DNA of 64,000 nt, taken from positions 1-64,000 of the IMG/VR virus record IMGVR_UViG_3300005265_000001; one strand, 5' to 3'. This DNA is from a virus. Position 1 is the stretch's first letter. Every line of letters begins with the position of its first letter. Of the stretch, positions 29,107 to 37,520 are shown piece by piece. Made by a program: the position numbers and the translations under genes. The notes beneath the pieces were generated by a model. That model had not been told where the DNA came from, did not search any database, and saw nothing but the letters and a program-made list of their open reading frames with translations.

Positions 29107-29182
29107 CGGGGTGTGGCGCAGTTGGTAGCGCACTTGGCCTGGGACCAAGATGTCGGAGGTTCGAGCCCTTCCACCCCGACCA
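29107..29182 (+). tRNA. tRNA-Pro(TGG)
   Basis: C1:G72 acceptor CGGGGTG/CACCCCG, arm CTTGG-CCTGGGA-CCAAG, ACCA. Confidence 0.93.
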
Positions 29183-29237
29183 GCATGTTATTTCACATCA
29201 TGCAAATCTTCTTTTCATTCGTTTTGACTTCCTTTGG

Positions 29238-29266
29238 AAAAAAGTGGGAAAAATCCCACTTTTTTT
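29238..29266. terminator. bidirectional-type intrinsic terminator
   Basis: AAAAAAGTGGGA-AAAA-TCCCACTTTTTTT. Confidence 0.7.
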
Positions 29267-29278
29267 CTTTTAAATATG

Positions 29279-29307
29279 TTGACTTTTTAAATAAGGGGGT
29301 ATATAAT
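29279..29307 (+). promoter_or_regulatory. sigma70-type promoter of hicA
   Basis: TTGACT-17 bp-TATAAT. Confidence 0.7.
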
Positions 29308-29340
29308 GGGGCCGAAAGAAAAAAGAAAAAGGGGGAAAAA

Positions 29341-29529
29341 ATGAAAAGAAAGAAAATGATAAAACTCCTGAAAAATTACGGCTTCCAAGAAAAAAGACAA
29401 GGAAGGGAACATACAATCCTTACAAACGGGGAAAGGTCAGTTTCAATTCCCCGTCATAAGGAAATCAAACGTAAAACCGCCATTAAGATTATTAAAGAGG
29501 CGGGATTAAGGGTTGCGGAGGTTATGTAA
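29341..29529 (+). CDS. hicA: HicA-family mRNA interferase
   Basis: MKRKKMIKLLKNYGF..KRQGREHTIL...VSIPRHKEIK..TAIKIIKEAGL; ATG after GGGGG. Confidence 0.88.
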   Translation: MKRKKMIKLLKNYGFQEKRQGREHTILTNGERSVSIPRHKEIKRKTAIKIIKEAGLRVAEVM

Positions 29530-29530
29530 A

Positions 29531-29713
29531 ATGAAAAAGGTGGAATTACAAAATATAGTGGAAATTCTCAAAAAAAGAATTGAGGATTCCAGTTTGTCAA
29601 ATGAGCAAAAAGAAGGACTTACTAATTATTTGGTAAGTCTTGAAGATAAGAATAAATACAAATGGGAAAGGAAATTAAATCATTTCGATAGATTGTTGTG
29701 GGAAATTCTCTAA
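29531..29713 (+). CDS. hypothetical protein (not HicB-like)
   Basis: GGAGG SD, helical 60 aa directly after hicA. Confidence 0.6.
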   Translation: MKKVELQNIVEILKKRIEDSSLSNEQKEGLTNYLVSLEDKNKYKWERKLNHFDRLLWEIL

Positions 29714-29751
29714 ATTTATTATATTATTTTAAAAATTTATCGGAATGAAGC

Positions 29752-30153
29752 GTGACACACAAATATTTCAAAAGGGTCTTAGTTGGCGGCAAATGGAGAT
29801 ACTTCTACCATGATCCCAACAAAAAGAAATTTAAACTTCATCCAATTGACGTAAAAGACAAAACAAAGGGTTACTACATTATAAAAATGGCGAGAAAAAA
29901 GGATGATTTGAATAAATTTAATCAAAAATTAAAAGAGATTAAAACAAAAGGGTTTACTGAAAATATAGATGATTTGCGAATTGCGGGAAAAGATGGTTGG
30001 ACTATTGCCCATGAGCAAGCCCTTAGAGGGTGGAAACCAAAAGATAAACGAATTTTGAATATGGAAGATAAATTTGGATATAGAGTAAAAGATGTTATGA
30101 AATATGGAAATTCTGTATTTCAATCAATTAAGGGGGTCATTAAAAATGCCTAA
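29752..30153 (+). CDS. HKY-leader protein with ankyrin-like segment
   Basis: THKYFKRVLVGGKWRYFY; KDGWTIAHEQALRG...DKFGYRV. Confidence 0.65.
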   Translation: MTHKYFKRVLVGGKWRYFYHDPNKKKFKLHPIDVKDKTKGYYIIKMARKKDDLNKFNQKLKEIKTKGFTENIDDLRIAGKDGWTIAHEQALRGWKPKDKRILNMEDKFGYRVKDVMKYGNSVFQSIKGVIKNA

Positions 30154-30481
30154 ATATTTATCCAAAAAACGGGTAGGCAACCGATGGGTTTACAAATATA
30201 AATTACCACAAAAAAAGTATAATTTACATTCATACCGATTTTCAGAAGAAAATGATGAACATGCTGATAAAATTAGAAACAAGGTTATTGATTTAATTAA
30301 TGAGGTTAAATATTACAAAGACCCAAAAAATCATAAAGATAAACATTTATTGCCTGAGAATTACTATGAAAATATGTTAAATAAACGAAAAGATGAATTG
30401 AAAACAGTTGTAAGTTCAATTGATGCCAAAAAATATCCAATTTTGGTTAGGACAATCAAAAAAGAAATGAGAGGTTTATAA
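30146..30481 (+). CDS. HKY-leader protein, unknown C-domain
   Basis: MPKYLSKKRVGNRWVYKYK; ATG after GGGGG. Confidence 0.7.
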   Translation: MPKYLSKKRVGNRWVYKYKLPQKKYNLHSYRFSEENDEHADKIRNKVIDLINEVKYYKDPKNHKDKHLLPENYYENMLNKRKDELKTVVSSIDAKKYPILVRTIKKEMRGL

Positions 30482-30482
30482 A

Positions 30483-31508
30483 ATGCCAAGACCACATAAA
30501 TATTTACGAAAATACAAAAAAGGTAATACGTGGCTTTATGTTTATAAAAAAGAAGAAACACCAAAGTCAATTCACAAAAAAATGACCAAAAAATACAAGC
30601 AAAAAGTTAAAGATATTGCAGATGCTTTTGGAAAATTAGCACATAAAGATAAACCAGAAGCAAGCAAATATGAATTATATACAAAACTTTTGGATATTCA
30701 CGGTTATTTAGAAAGAGGCAGAGGACCCTTGGAGATCGGCAATTTACACCAAACTACAATTGATGTTTTTAAACAATTCTTGAAAAATAATAAAATGAAA
30801 TTGAATCGAAAAGTGGTAGATGACTTAAAAAATATTAATAAAATTGTTGGAACAGATGTTATGACTAAACTTGTAAGTGATATGGATAAAGAAGTTCCAG
30901 CAAAGAAAGAAAAGCCTAAACCCAAAACTGAAATCGAAGTTGAAAATTCTGCCAAATTGAGTGATATGAAAACAGTATTACCAAAAAAGGAAAAAATTAT
31001 AGATACTTACATTAGAAATTTTATTGTTAAAATGAAAGATGGAAAGTTTTATTATAAAAGAAATTCAAGAATGGGGTTTAATAGCAAAAAAGAGGTCGAA
31101 GATATTCTTAAAAAGAAATATGAAATGGTTAAAGACTATCCCAACAAGTTTTTCTTGGGCTATTTGGATATGAGACAGGAAGATTTTGCTAAATTGCCTG
31201 ATAAAGAAAAGAAAAAAGCCCTTGAACAATATTTTATTCACCAATTTGATATAGATGTTAATAATACAGTTGACTACAAACTTCAAGAAAAATTGGAAAA
31301 AGAAAAAAGTGCAAAAATTTATGAAAAAATCAGAAAGGATAAAGAAGCAGGCAAATTTATTGATTTAGGTTTTATCAATGCCTATGATGTTGACAAGTTA
31401 CCCTTTAAATTGGAAAATGATGAAATTAGAAAAAAAGTGGGTTCTCATGTTTATGAAGTGACTTCAAAAAAAGGAAATTACAGATATTTGGTTGATACAA
31501 GCGGATAA
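30483..31508 (+). CDS. HKY-leader protein, unknown basic C-domains
   Basis: PHKYLRKYKKGNTWLYVYKK. Confidence 0.75.
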   Translation: MPRPHKYLRKYKKGNTWLYVYKKEETPKSIHKKMTKKYKQKVKDIADAFGKLAHKDKPEASKYELYTKLLDIHGYLERGRGPLEIGNLHQTTIDVFKQFLKNNKMKLNRKVVDDLKNINKIVGTDVMTKLVSDMDKEVPAKKEKPKPKTEIEVENSAKLSDMKTVLPKKEKIIDTYIRNFIVKMKDGKFYYKRNSRMGFNSKKEVEDILKKKYEMVKDYPNKFFLGYLDMRQEDFAKLPDKEKKKALEQYFIHQFDIDVNNTVDYKLQEKLEKEKSAKIYEKIRKDKEAGKFIDLGFINAYDVDKLPFKLENDEIRKKVGSHVYEVTSKKGNYRYLVDTSG

Positions 31509-31521
31509 AGGGGGATAAATT

Positions 31522-31776
31522 ATGAATCTTAAATCAAAATTTGACATTGGTGATTTGGTATTTGATAGAATTACTGGATTTGAGGGTATTGTTACGGGGA
31601 TTTTGATGGATGTTGCCAGAAGAATCCAATATGCAGTATCACCACAGGTTAATATTGATAGACTTGACATTGCACAATCAATTTGGATTGATGAAATCAG
31701 ATTGAAAATTAAAGAAAAAAATTCTATTGATTTTTATGGTGAAAATAATAGACCAAAACTTAAACCTATAAAATGA
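31522..31776 (+). CDS. small SH3-like beta-barrel phage protein
   Basis: FDIGDLVFDRITGFEGIVTG...WIDEIRL. Confidence 0.6.
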   Translation: MNLKSKFDIGDLVFDRITGFEGIVTGILMDVARRIQYAVSPQVNIDRLDIAQSIWIDEIRLKIKEKNSIDFYGENNRPKLKPIK

Positions 31777-31785
31777 GGGGGTAAA

Positions 31786-31989
31786 ATGTTTAATAAAATT
31801 CTAAATCGAAAAACATATTGGGTTTTCCACCCAGACAGTCCGGGAGAAAAAATACTTGTAACCCGAAGTTGGTTGGGAAGACTGTTTAAACCGATTGCAT
31901 TTGCAACTTTAACAGAAACAATGAAATTTGGAGTAAATAAAATGAACAAAAGGGCGGTATTTGGGGAGTATCAAAATGAAGGAAATTGA
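31786..31989 (+). CDS. hypothetical protein
   Basis: GAGGGG SD. Confidence 0.5.
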   Translation: MFNKILNRKTYWVFHPDSPGEKILVTRSWLGRLFKPIAFATLTETMKFGVNKMNKRAVFGEYQNEGN

Positions 31990-32158
31990 TAAAAAAATTA
32001 AGGAAGTTTTTAATAAAATACTCAAATTGGAATTGGAATCAGTAAAAAATGGAAACAAAATTGATGATAGTTTTCAACAGGTTCCAAAAATGGTTTACAA
32101 TAGAGACTATAATGGTTTGAAAGATTTTTATGGGAAAAAAGTAAAGGAATATAGATAA
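31976..32158 (+). CDS. small helical partner protein
   Basis: MKEIDKKIKEVFNKILKLELE...VYNRDYNGLKDF; stop 2 nt before the JAB gene. Confidence 0.6.
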   Translation: MKEIDKKIKEVFNKILKLELESVKNGNKIDDSFQQVPKMVYNRDYNGLKDFYGKKVKEYR

Positions 32159-32160
32159 AT

Positions 32161-33108
32161 ATGCAAGGGATTGTGTTGAAGGGTCCGCATAAATATTTGC
32201 GAAAATATAAAGGTAAGAATGGGAAGTGGGTTTACATTTATAAGGAAAAAAGGGGCAAATCTCATTCAAAAACTCCAAAAACATTATTTTCAGATGTTCC
32301 GAATCTTGAGTTTGAAGCCAATTCACACCGATTTAATCCATTTGAAACTTTAATTTTATTTGATGAAAAAGGAAATGTTATTCATAGGGAGAAAGGAAAT
32401 TCTGAACGGGTATCAATAGAAAAAATAAGAGATAAACTTGATAATGCACCTATAACTTTTCATAATCACCCTTTGGTAGATGCGTCGTTTTCTCCTAATG
32501 ACGTTGGTGTGGCTATGAATCATAGAACAAAAAGAATGGTTGTAGCGTCACCTAATTATAATTATGAAATGACTTTTGATTGGGATAAAATTTATAAACA
32601 TTATGGCGGCTATAAAAAGTTTTCAAAGGAAATCAATAAATATTATGCCCATTACGCAACAATTATAAAATTAGAAATGGAATCTGAAATACAACATGGC
32701 AGTAAAATAACAGATAAAGAAATTGATAGAAGATTTTTTAGTGGGGTTTGGAGAAGTGTAGCAAGAGAGATTGTGGGAATGGAATATAAACAAGAAAAGA
32801 TAAAATTTGATATGGAAACACCCTATGATAATAAGAAGTTTAAAACAAATGTTAAGACTATAAATCCAGACGATTTATCCAAAGAATTTAAAAAATCAAA
32901 ATATGTCAAAAATGTTAGAATATTTCCAATGAATAAAATGTATGCTTTTAGCATAATAATGAAAAATGGAATGGTTTTGAATATGACTATTGATAAAAGC
33001 AAACCGCTTACTGAGGCCGTTTGGGGTTCAAAGGGTATATATGGGAAAATGAAAGAAGATGTTCAACGCATTTATTACAAATTCATAAAGGCAAAAGAGG
33101 TAAAATAA
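32161..33108 (+). CDS. HKY-leader protein with JAB/MPN-like metallo-domain plus second C-domain
   Basis: leader HKYLRKYKGKNGKWVYIYKE; FETLILFD...HNHPLVDASFSPND = E...HxHx7Sx2D. Confidence 0.8.
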   Translation: MQGIVLKGPHKYLRKYKGKNGKWVYIYKEKRGKSHSKTPKTLFSDVPNLEFEANSHRFNPFETLILFDEKGNVIHREKGNSERVSIEKIRDKLDNAPITFHNHPLVDASFSPNDVGVAMNHRTKRMVVASPNYNYEMTFDWDKIYKHYGGYKKFSKEINKYYAHYATIIKLEMESEIQHGSKITDKEIDRRFFSGVWRSVAREIVGMEYKQEKIKFDMETPYDNKKFKTNVKTINPDDLSKEFKKSKYVKNVRIFPMNKMYAFSIIMKNGMVLNMTIDKSKPLTEAVWGSKGIYGKMKEDVQRIYYKFIKAKEVK

Positions 33109-33109
33109 A

Positions 33110-33274
33110 ATGGATAAAAAGGAAATTGAAAGACTTTTTAATTTACAGTTTAAAGCGGCTATGGAAGTAAAAGATAAAATTGATGATAAAATTCACTTAG
33201 ATTTTTCACGGGCAATGGTAAGGGGGGATCAAGAAAAAATAAAAGAGTTGGAAAAAGAATTTTCAAAAAAATAA
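33110..33274 (+). CDS. small helical partner protein (54 aa, not in ORF track)
   Basis: GAGG SD; MDKKEIERLFNLQFKAAME...FSRAMVRGDQEKIKEL. Confidence 0.6.
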   Translation: MDKKEIERLFNLQFKAAMEVKDKIDDKIHLDFSRAMVRGDQEKIKELEKEFSKK

Positions 33275-33287
33275 TTGGGGCAATAAA

Positions 33288-33932
33288 GTGAAATCGGAAC
33301 GGGCAAATCACAAATATTTACGAAAATATAGAGGCAAGAATGGGAAATGGGTTTACATTTATAAGGAAGGAAAAAAGAAAAGTGGTGATACACCTGAAAT
33401 TAATGCCTTACCCAAAATTGTAAAAGCTGATATGAATAGAATCAGAAATCATAAATATGAAATCGGCATTTTTTATAATAAATACAATGAAAAAATAGAT
33501 GAGATGACAGATGATGAACCCGATACACTTGAATATGATGACGATGATATCAAATACATAAGAGGTCAAAAACCTACAATTTTTATCCACAACCACCCCA
33601 ATTCGGCGTCATTTTCAATTAATGATATTGCAACGGCCTCCATTTTTAAAGTTCCAAAAATAATAGCAACATCTAAAAAAGCTGATTATTTAATGGTATT
33701 TAAGAAATCATTTATGAACAAATCTATTAAAACGAGAGAAAAAATAGTTAATAAATTGGCTAATCATTACATATTACTTAATGAAATGACAGTTGGAAAA
33801 TTCTTGGATGCTATTGATGCGGGTAAAATGACAGTGGAAGAAGCTGATTTTATCCATTTTCATAATCTAATTGAAAATCTTGTTAAGACATTTCCAGAAG
33901 TTTTTGAAAAATACGAAAGAAAATTAAAATAA
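33288..33932 (+). CDS. HKY-leader protein with JAB/MPN-like domain
   Basis: leader; YEIGIFYN...HNHPNSASFSIND. Confidence 0.8.
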   Translation: MKSERANHKYLRKYRGKNGKWVYIYKEGKKKSGDTPEINALPKIVKADMNRIRNHKYEIGIFYNKYNEKIDEMTDDEPDTLEYDDDDIKYIRGQKPTIFIHNHPNSASFSINDIATASIFKVPKIIATSKKADYLMVFKKSFMNKSIKTREKIVNKLANHYILLNEMTVGKFLDAIDAGKMTVEEADFIHFHNLIENLVKTFPEVFEKYERKLK

Positions 33933-33937
33933 AATAG

Positions 33938-33966
33938 TTGACTTTTTTCCCTTTTACTGTTATAAT
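33938..33966 (+). promoter_or_regulatory. sigma70-type promoter
   Basis: TTGACT-17 bp-TATAAT with TG extension. Confidence 0.75.
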
Positions 33967-33992
33967 GTTTGTGAATTTAACAGAAGGGGGAA

Positions 33993-34721
33993 ATGATGGC
34001 GATTCATGTAACTATTAGTGATAAAGATGGAAAAAAGGTGGTTACTTTTGAACCATTTCAAATGCCCAAAATTAAGGTTGGAGAAAAAGTTGTATTTAAA
34101 ACTGGTGAAAGCAGAAAATATGGTGTTATTGCGAAAGTAAAAAACAATGCTATGTTTCATTATATTGAATGTGTAATGTTTGACACTTTTGTTAGGTCGG
34201 ATGTGGCAAATTCAATTAATTGGGATAGGGTTGCCGCAAAAATCTATAAGGTTAGAGGTGGAAAATCTTTTGAGGTTCCAACAATTAAAACCAAAGCAAT
34301 TGTTTTTGAATTTTCAAATGATAGTAAAAATTTTGGTTGGTTTGCCTTTCCAGAGTCTATGACTGAATATATTGATGAAAAAAATTATAAAGAAGTGGTG
34401 GCGGAAATTAATAGGGTAAGAAAAGAAATTGATACTCAAAAAGCAAAAGAAATTATTAAACTGAGAATGGGTGAATTTGATGCTTGTATTATTGATGAAT
34501 TTAATAAACCACCATTCAATCATGGGTTCCCGTGGGATGAATACAAGGCCGTTTTTCTCAAAATGACTTCTTGTCGGAATACAACGGTTGTGGTTTTCAA
34601 AGATAAAGATGTTCTGAATGTTCCCCAAAAAATTGCGGGTATTGTAATTGGGAAAGGGGGCAGAACTATTAAAGAAATACAAAAAGTTCTGGAACACAAA
34701 GTTTCAGTTAATGTTATTTAG
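33993..34721 (+). CDS. KH-domain RNA-binding protein
   Basis: C-terminal VPQKIAGIVIGKGGRTIKEIQKVL (GxxG loop). Confidence 0.75.
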   Translation: MMAIHVTISDKDGKKVVTFEPFQMPKIKVGEKVVFKTGESRKYGVIAKVKNNAMFHYIECVMFDTFVRSDVANSINWDRVAAKIYKVRGGKSFEVPTIKTKAIVFEFSNDSKNFGWFAFPESMTEYIDEKNYKEVVAEINRVRKEIDTQKAKEIIKLRMGEFDACIIDEFNKPPFNHGFPWDEYKAVFLKMTSCRNTTVVVFKDKDVLNVPQKIAGIVIGKGGRTIKEIQKVLEHKVSVNVI

Positions 34722-34803
34722 GAATATATTATTGTGAAAAAGGAAATTTTATACAAGGATTGTAATAAAAATATGCCGGCGTTTTTATGTGGATGGTTAA
34801 AAT

Positions 34804-35067
34804 ATGAATAAATATGGAGAAAAGAAGGAAAAGTTTGAATGGTTTTTAGCATGTTCAATAAGGCAGGCTAAAATTTATTGTAAATTAAACAAAATTCCAT
34901 TCAATCCCAATAAAATTATAACAAAATTTCAGGATGTGTTGGGTTTGTATGGAATAATTGTTAGAGCAATTGGAGAATGGTATAAAAATGATGATTTAGA
35001 TAAAATAATAGAATATATGAATAATCATAATATTGTATTGGTAACGGCAATTCAACAACTTGATTAA
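34804..35067 (+). CDS. hypothetical protein
   Basis: ORF track. Confidence 0.5.
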   Translation: MNKYGEKKEKFEWFLACSIRQAKIYCKLNKIPFNPNKIITKFQDVLGLYGIIVRAIGEWYKNDDLDKIIEYMNNHNIVLVTAIQQLD

Positions 35068-35080
35068 AAGTGAGAGGAAA

Positions 35081-35233
35081 ATGAAAAAAATTGTAATTGA
35101 TTTTAGTGAAGATATTGAAAATTCTGATTGGCTTTATATTAGTAGATTAAAACGAAAAGCCAAACAGGGAGATAAAGAGGCTGAAAATGAATTAAAAAAA
35201 CTTGGAATTAAAATGGAGGAAGAAAATGATTAA
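35081..35233 (+). CDS. small protein (50 aa, not in ORF track)
   Basis: GAGG SD; MKKIVIDFSEDIENSDWLYISRLKRKAKQGDKEA. Confidence 0.55.
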   Translation: MKKIVIDFSEDIENSDWLYISRLKRKAKQGDKEAENELKKLGIKMEEEND

Positions 35234-35513
35234 TTTGGATGCTTTTGATGATGAAATGAAAGAAAAAATGCAGAAAAAAAATGTTGATTTTATAATGGAG
35301 GTTGAAAGAATAATTAAAAAGTATAATTTGGATGAGGAAAAAGTTGCAACCATGATGAATTTTATGATGGGGGCGTCAGTTGCCACGATGTCAAAAGAAC
35401 AATTGAGAGTTGTAAAAGTTACAGTATGGTTGTTAATGAAATCATATTTGGGAATTGATATTGAAGAGTGGGGGAAAAACAATCTTATAGAAAAGGAAAC
35501 TTTTATAAATTGA
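35226..35513 (+). CDS. hypothetical protein
   Basis: ATG after GGAGG; stop overlaps the next start. Confidence 0.6.
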   Translation: MINLDAFDDEMKEKMQKKNVDFIMEVERIIKKYNLDEEKVATMMNFMMGASVATMSKEQLRVVKVTVWLLMKSYLGIDIEEWGKNNLIEKETFIN

Positions 35514-36397
35514 AATTTGTGATATTGGTAAAATCGGAACAGACAAATCATAAATACCTAAGAAAATATAAAGGTAAGAATGGGAAATGGGTTTACATTT
35601 ATAAGGAAAGTAGCGTCAAAAAAGGAAAAGATGAGTTAGATATTCAGATTAAACCCCAATATAAAGCACAATATCAAAAATATTATAATCAATATGCTGA
35701 AATGTTTTCAAAAATTCCAGAAAAAGATGTCAAAGGATTTAAAAATTCCATAAACGGTTGGATGAATATGTTGGGAAATGATAAAACAATTCCACGGGGG
35801 TTTAAAGAAAATCCAGTTGGAAAAATTATCATAAACACAACAAATGAAAATAAAGATGTTAAAGATTTATTGATGATGTGGTGTCATTCTACATATAGTT
35901 GGGGTGGACATGATTTTAGAAAAGCAATTTATGAAATCGAAGATAATGTAGCTGAAAGAAAGAAAATAAAGAAAGAAAAAGATGATTATCACAATCCAAA
36001 AAATCTTGAAATAGTTTTGAAATTGAGGGCATTTGGGCAAGCATATTTTGACGTTATTAAAAATGATGTAAAAGAAATTCAATTATATAGAGCTATTGGG
36101 GGGGATACGGGAAAACAAATATTAAAAGGATTACAAGAAAACGCTGAAATTTCCTATCGTGATTTACCAATGTCTTCATGGACAATAAAAAGGAAAGAAT
36201 CAATTTTTAGAGGAATTGGTGATATAGCAATTAAACACACCTTTTCAACTAAAGACATATTTTTACCACGTGAAATTTTGTATTCAGTTTTTGATAATGG
36301 TGAATTTGCAGATGAACATGAATATATGGTAGTTGGGCGGAATGAAGAAAAACCGATAAATAAAAATGATGTGGTTTTTGTTGAAAGAGGTTATTAA
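35510..36397 (+). CDS. HKY-leader protein with ADP-ribosyltransferase-like domain
   Basis: leader; R-S-E pattern QLYRAIG...MSSWT...DEHEYMV; TTG start inferred. Confidence 0.7.
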   Translation: MKFVILVKSEQTNHKYLRKYKGKNGKWVYIYKESSVKKGKDELDIQIKPQYKAQYQKYYNQYAEMFSKIPEKDVKGFKNSINGWMNMLGNDKTIPRGFKENPVGKIIINTTNENKDVKDLLMMWCHSTYSWGGHDFRKAIYEIEDNVAERKKIKKEKDDYHNPKNLEIVLKLRAFGQAYFDVIKNDVKEIQLYRAIGGDTGKQILKGLQENAEISYRDLPMSSWTIKRKESIFRGIGDIAIKHTFSTKDIFLPREILYSVFDNGEFADEHEYMVVGRNEEKPINKNDVVFVERGY

Positions 36398-37212
36398 TGA
36401 ATAGAAATCACAAATACCTAAGAAAATATAGAGGCAAGGGGGGGAAGTGGATTTATATTTATAAGGAATCTACATTATCTCATGATCCTGGTTGGAAAAA
36501 AGATTTTCCAAAAGTTTTGAGTAATACAACTGTAAAATATTTAAAATCCAGAAAAGATTATGATAAGGCCAAAAAAGGTCTTGATGTTAAAGCGGCTGTA
36601 AATGTTATAAATGAAGTGGTGAATGAAAAAAAGATAAAACAAACTTTATCAAAATATAATCCAAAAGATACAATTGTTTGCGCTGTTCATGCAATTGAAG
36701 TTCAGGGTCATAATTATTTACCTACGGCGTATGCGGCTAAAATATCGAATTTAATGGGGTTCAAACTTGATGATAATATTGTTCAAGCTAATGTGGTTGG
36801 TAGAACAAAGAAAAATGCTTATGAAAGATTAGTAGCCAAACCAAAATTTTCAGGTAATGTTATCAAAGGTAAAAAATATATTTTAGTTGATGATGTTATA
36901 GGTCAAGGGGGAACAATAAATGAATTGAGAAAATATATAGAAAAACGTGGTGGTGAAGTAGTTCATGTTTCCAGTTTGGCGGTTGGGATTTTTGCCGCAA
37001 CTTTGCCAATTTCAGATAAAACTAAAGGTGAATTGATTAAAAAATATGGTAAAAAAGGATTGAGTGAATTTCTGAAAAAATATAATATAACTGATAATAT
37101 AGATTCAATGACTGAAAAAGATGGCCGGTTATTGCTTAATAATAAATCAATGACAATCGAAAAACTTTCAAAAAAACTTGACGAAATAGTTGACAAATTA
37201 AAAAAGGGATGA
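36397..37212 (+). CDS. HKY-leader protein with type I phosphoribosyltransferase domain
   Basis: leader; PRPP loop YILVDDVIGQGGT. Confidence 0.85.
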   Translation: MNRNHKYLRKYRGKGGKWIYIYKESTLSHDPGWKKDFPKVLSNTTVKYLKSRKDYDKAKKGLDVKAAVNVINEVVNEKKIKQTLSKYNPKDTIVCAVHAIEVQGHNYLPTAYAAKISNLMGFKLDDNIVQANVVGRTKKNAYERLVAKPKFSGNVIKGKKYILVDDVIGQGGTINELRKYIEKRGGEVVHVSSLAVGIFAATLPISDKTKGELIKKYGKKGLSEFLKKYNITDNIDSMTEKDGRLLLNNKSMTIEKLSKKLDEIVDKLKKG

Positions 37213-37218
37213 TATAAT
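37190..37218 (+). promoter_or_regulatory. sigma70-type promoter
   Basis: perfect TTGACA-17 bp-TATAAT with TG extension. Confidence 0.75.
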
Positions 37219-37352
37219 GATGGCGGAGGTGAATGGTGTGAAAAATCTTAAAAATGACGAAATTGCAAAATTGCAAAATGAAAAAAATCTTTTGCAAAAA
37301 ATCTTTTTGCAATTATTTGAACACCCCCAAAAAATGAATGAGGATAGTAAAA

Positions 37353-37520
37353 ATGAGAAAAAAAATTGATAAATTATTTGATGATGTAATGAGACTTATT
37401 GTGGAGAAGGCGGATAAATTACCTCTTGATAAATATTCAGTAGATGTAATTGAATCCGTGTATAGAGAAGATGCAAAACAGTTACAAAAAATAAAGAGAG
37501 AATTGGAAAAAATTGAATGA
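37353..37520 (+). CDS. small helical partner protein
   Basis: MRKKIDKLFDDVMRLIVE...VIESVYREDAKQLQKI; ATGA overlap with the JAB gene. Confidence 0.62.
   Translation: MRKKIDKLFDDVMRLIVEKADKLPLDKYSVDVIESVYREDAKQLQKIKRELEKIE

Noticed and set aside
29107-29182. tRNA-Pro read as anticodon GGG with U33
   Set aside because: The CTTGG/CCAAG stem fixes a 7-nt loop CCTGGGA centred on TGG
29032-29340. N-terminal extensions of ORFs 29032, 11281 and 24821
   Set aside because: They run through tRNA genes; SD-supported starts are at 29341, 11338 and 24878
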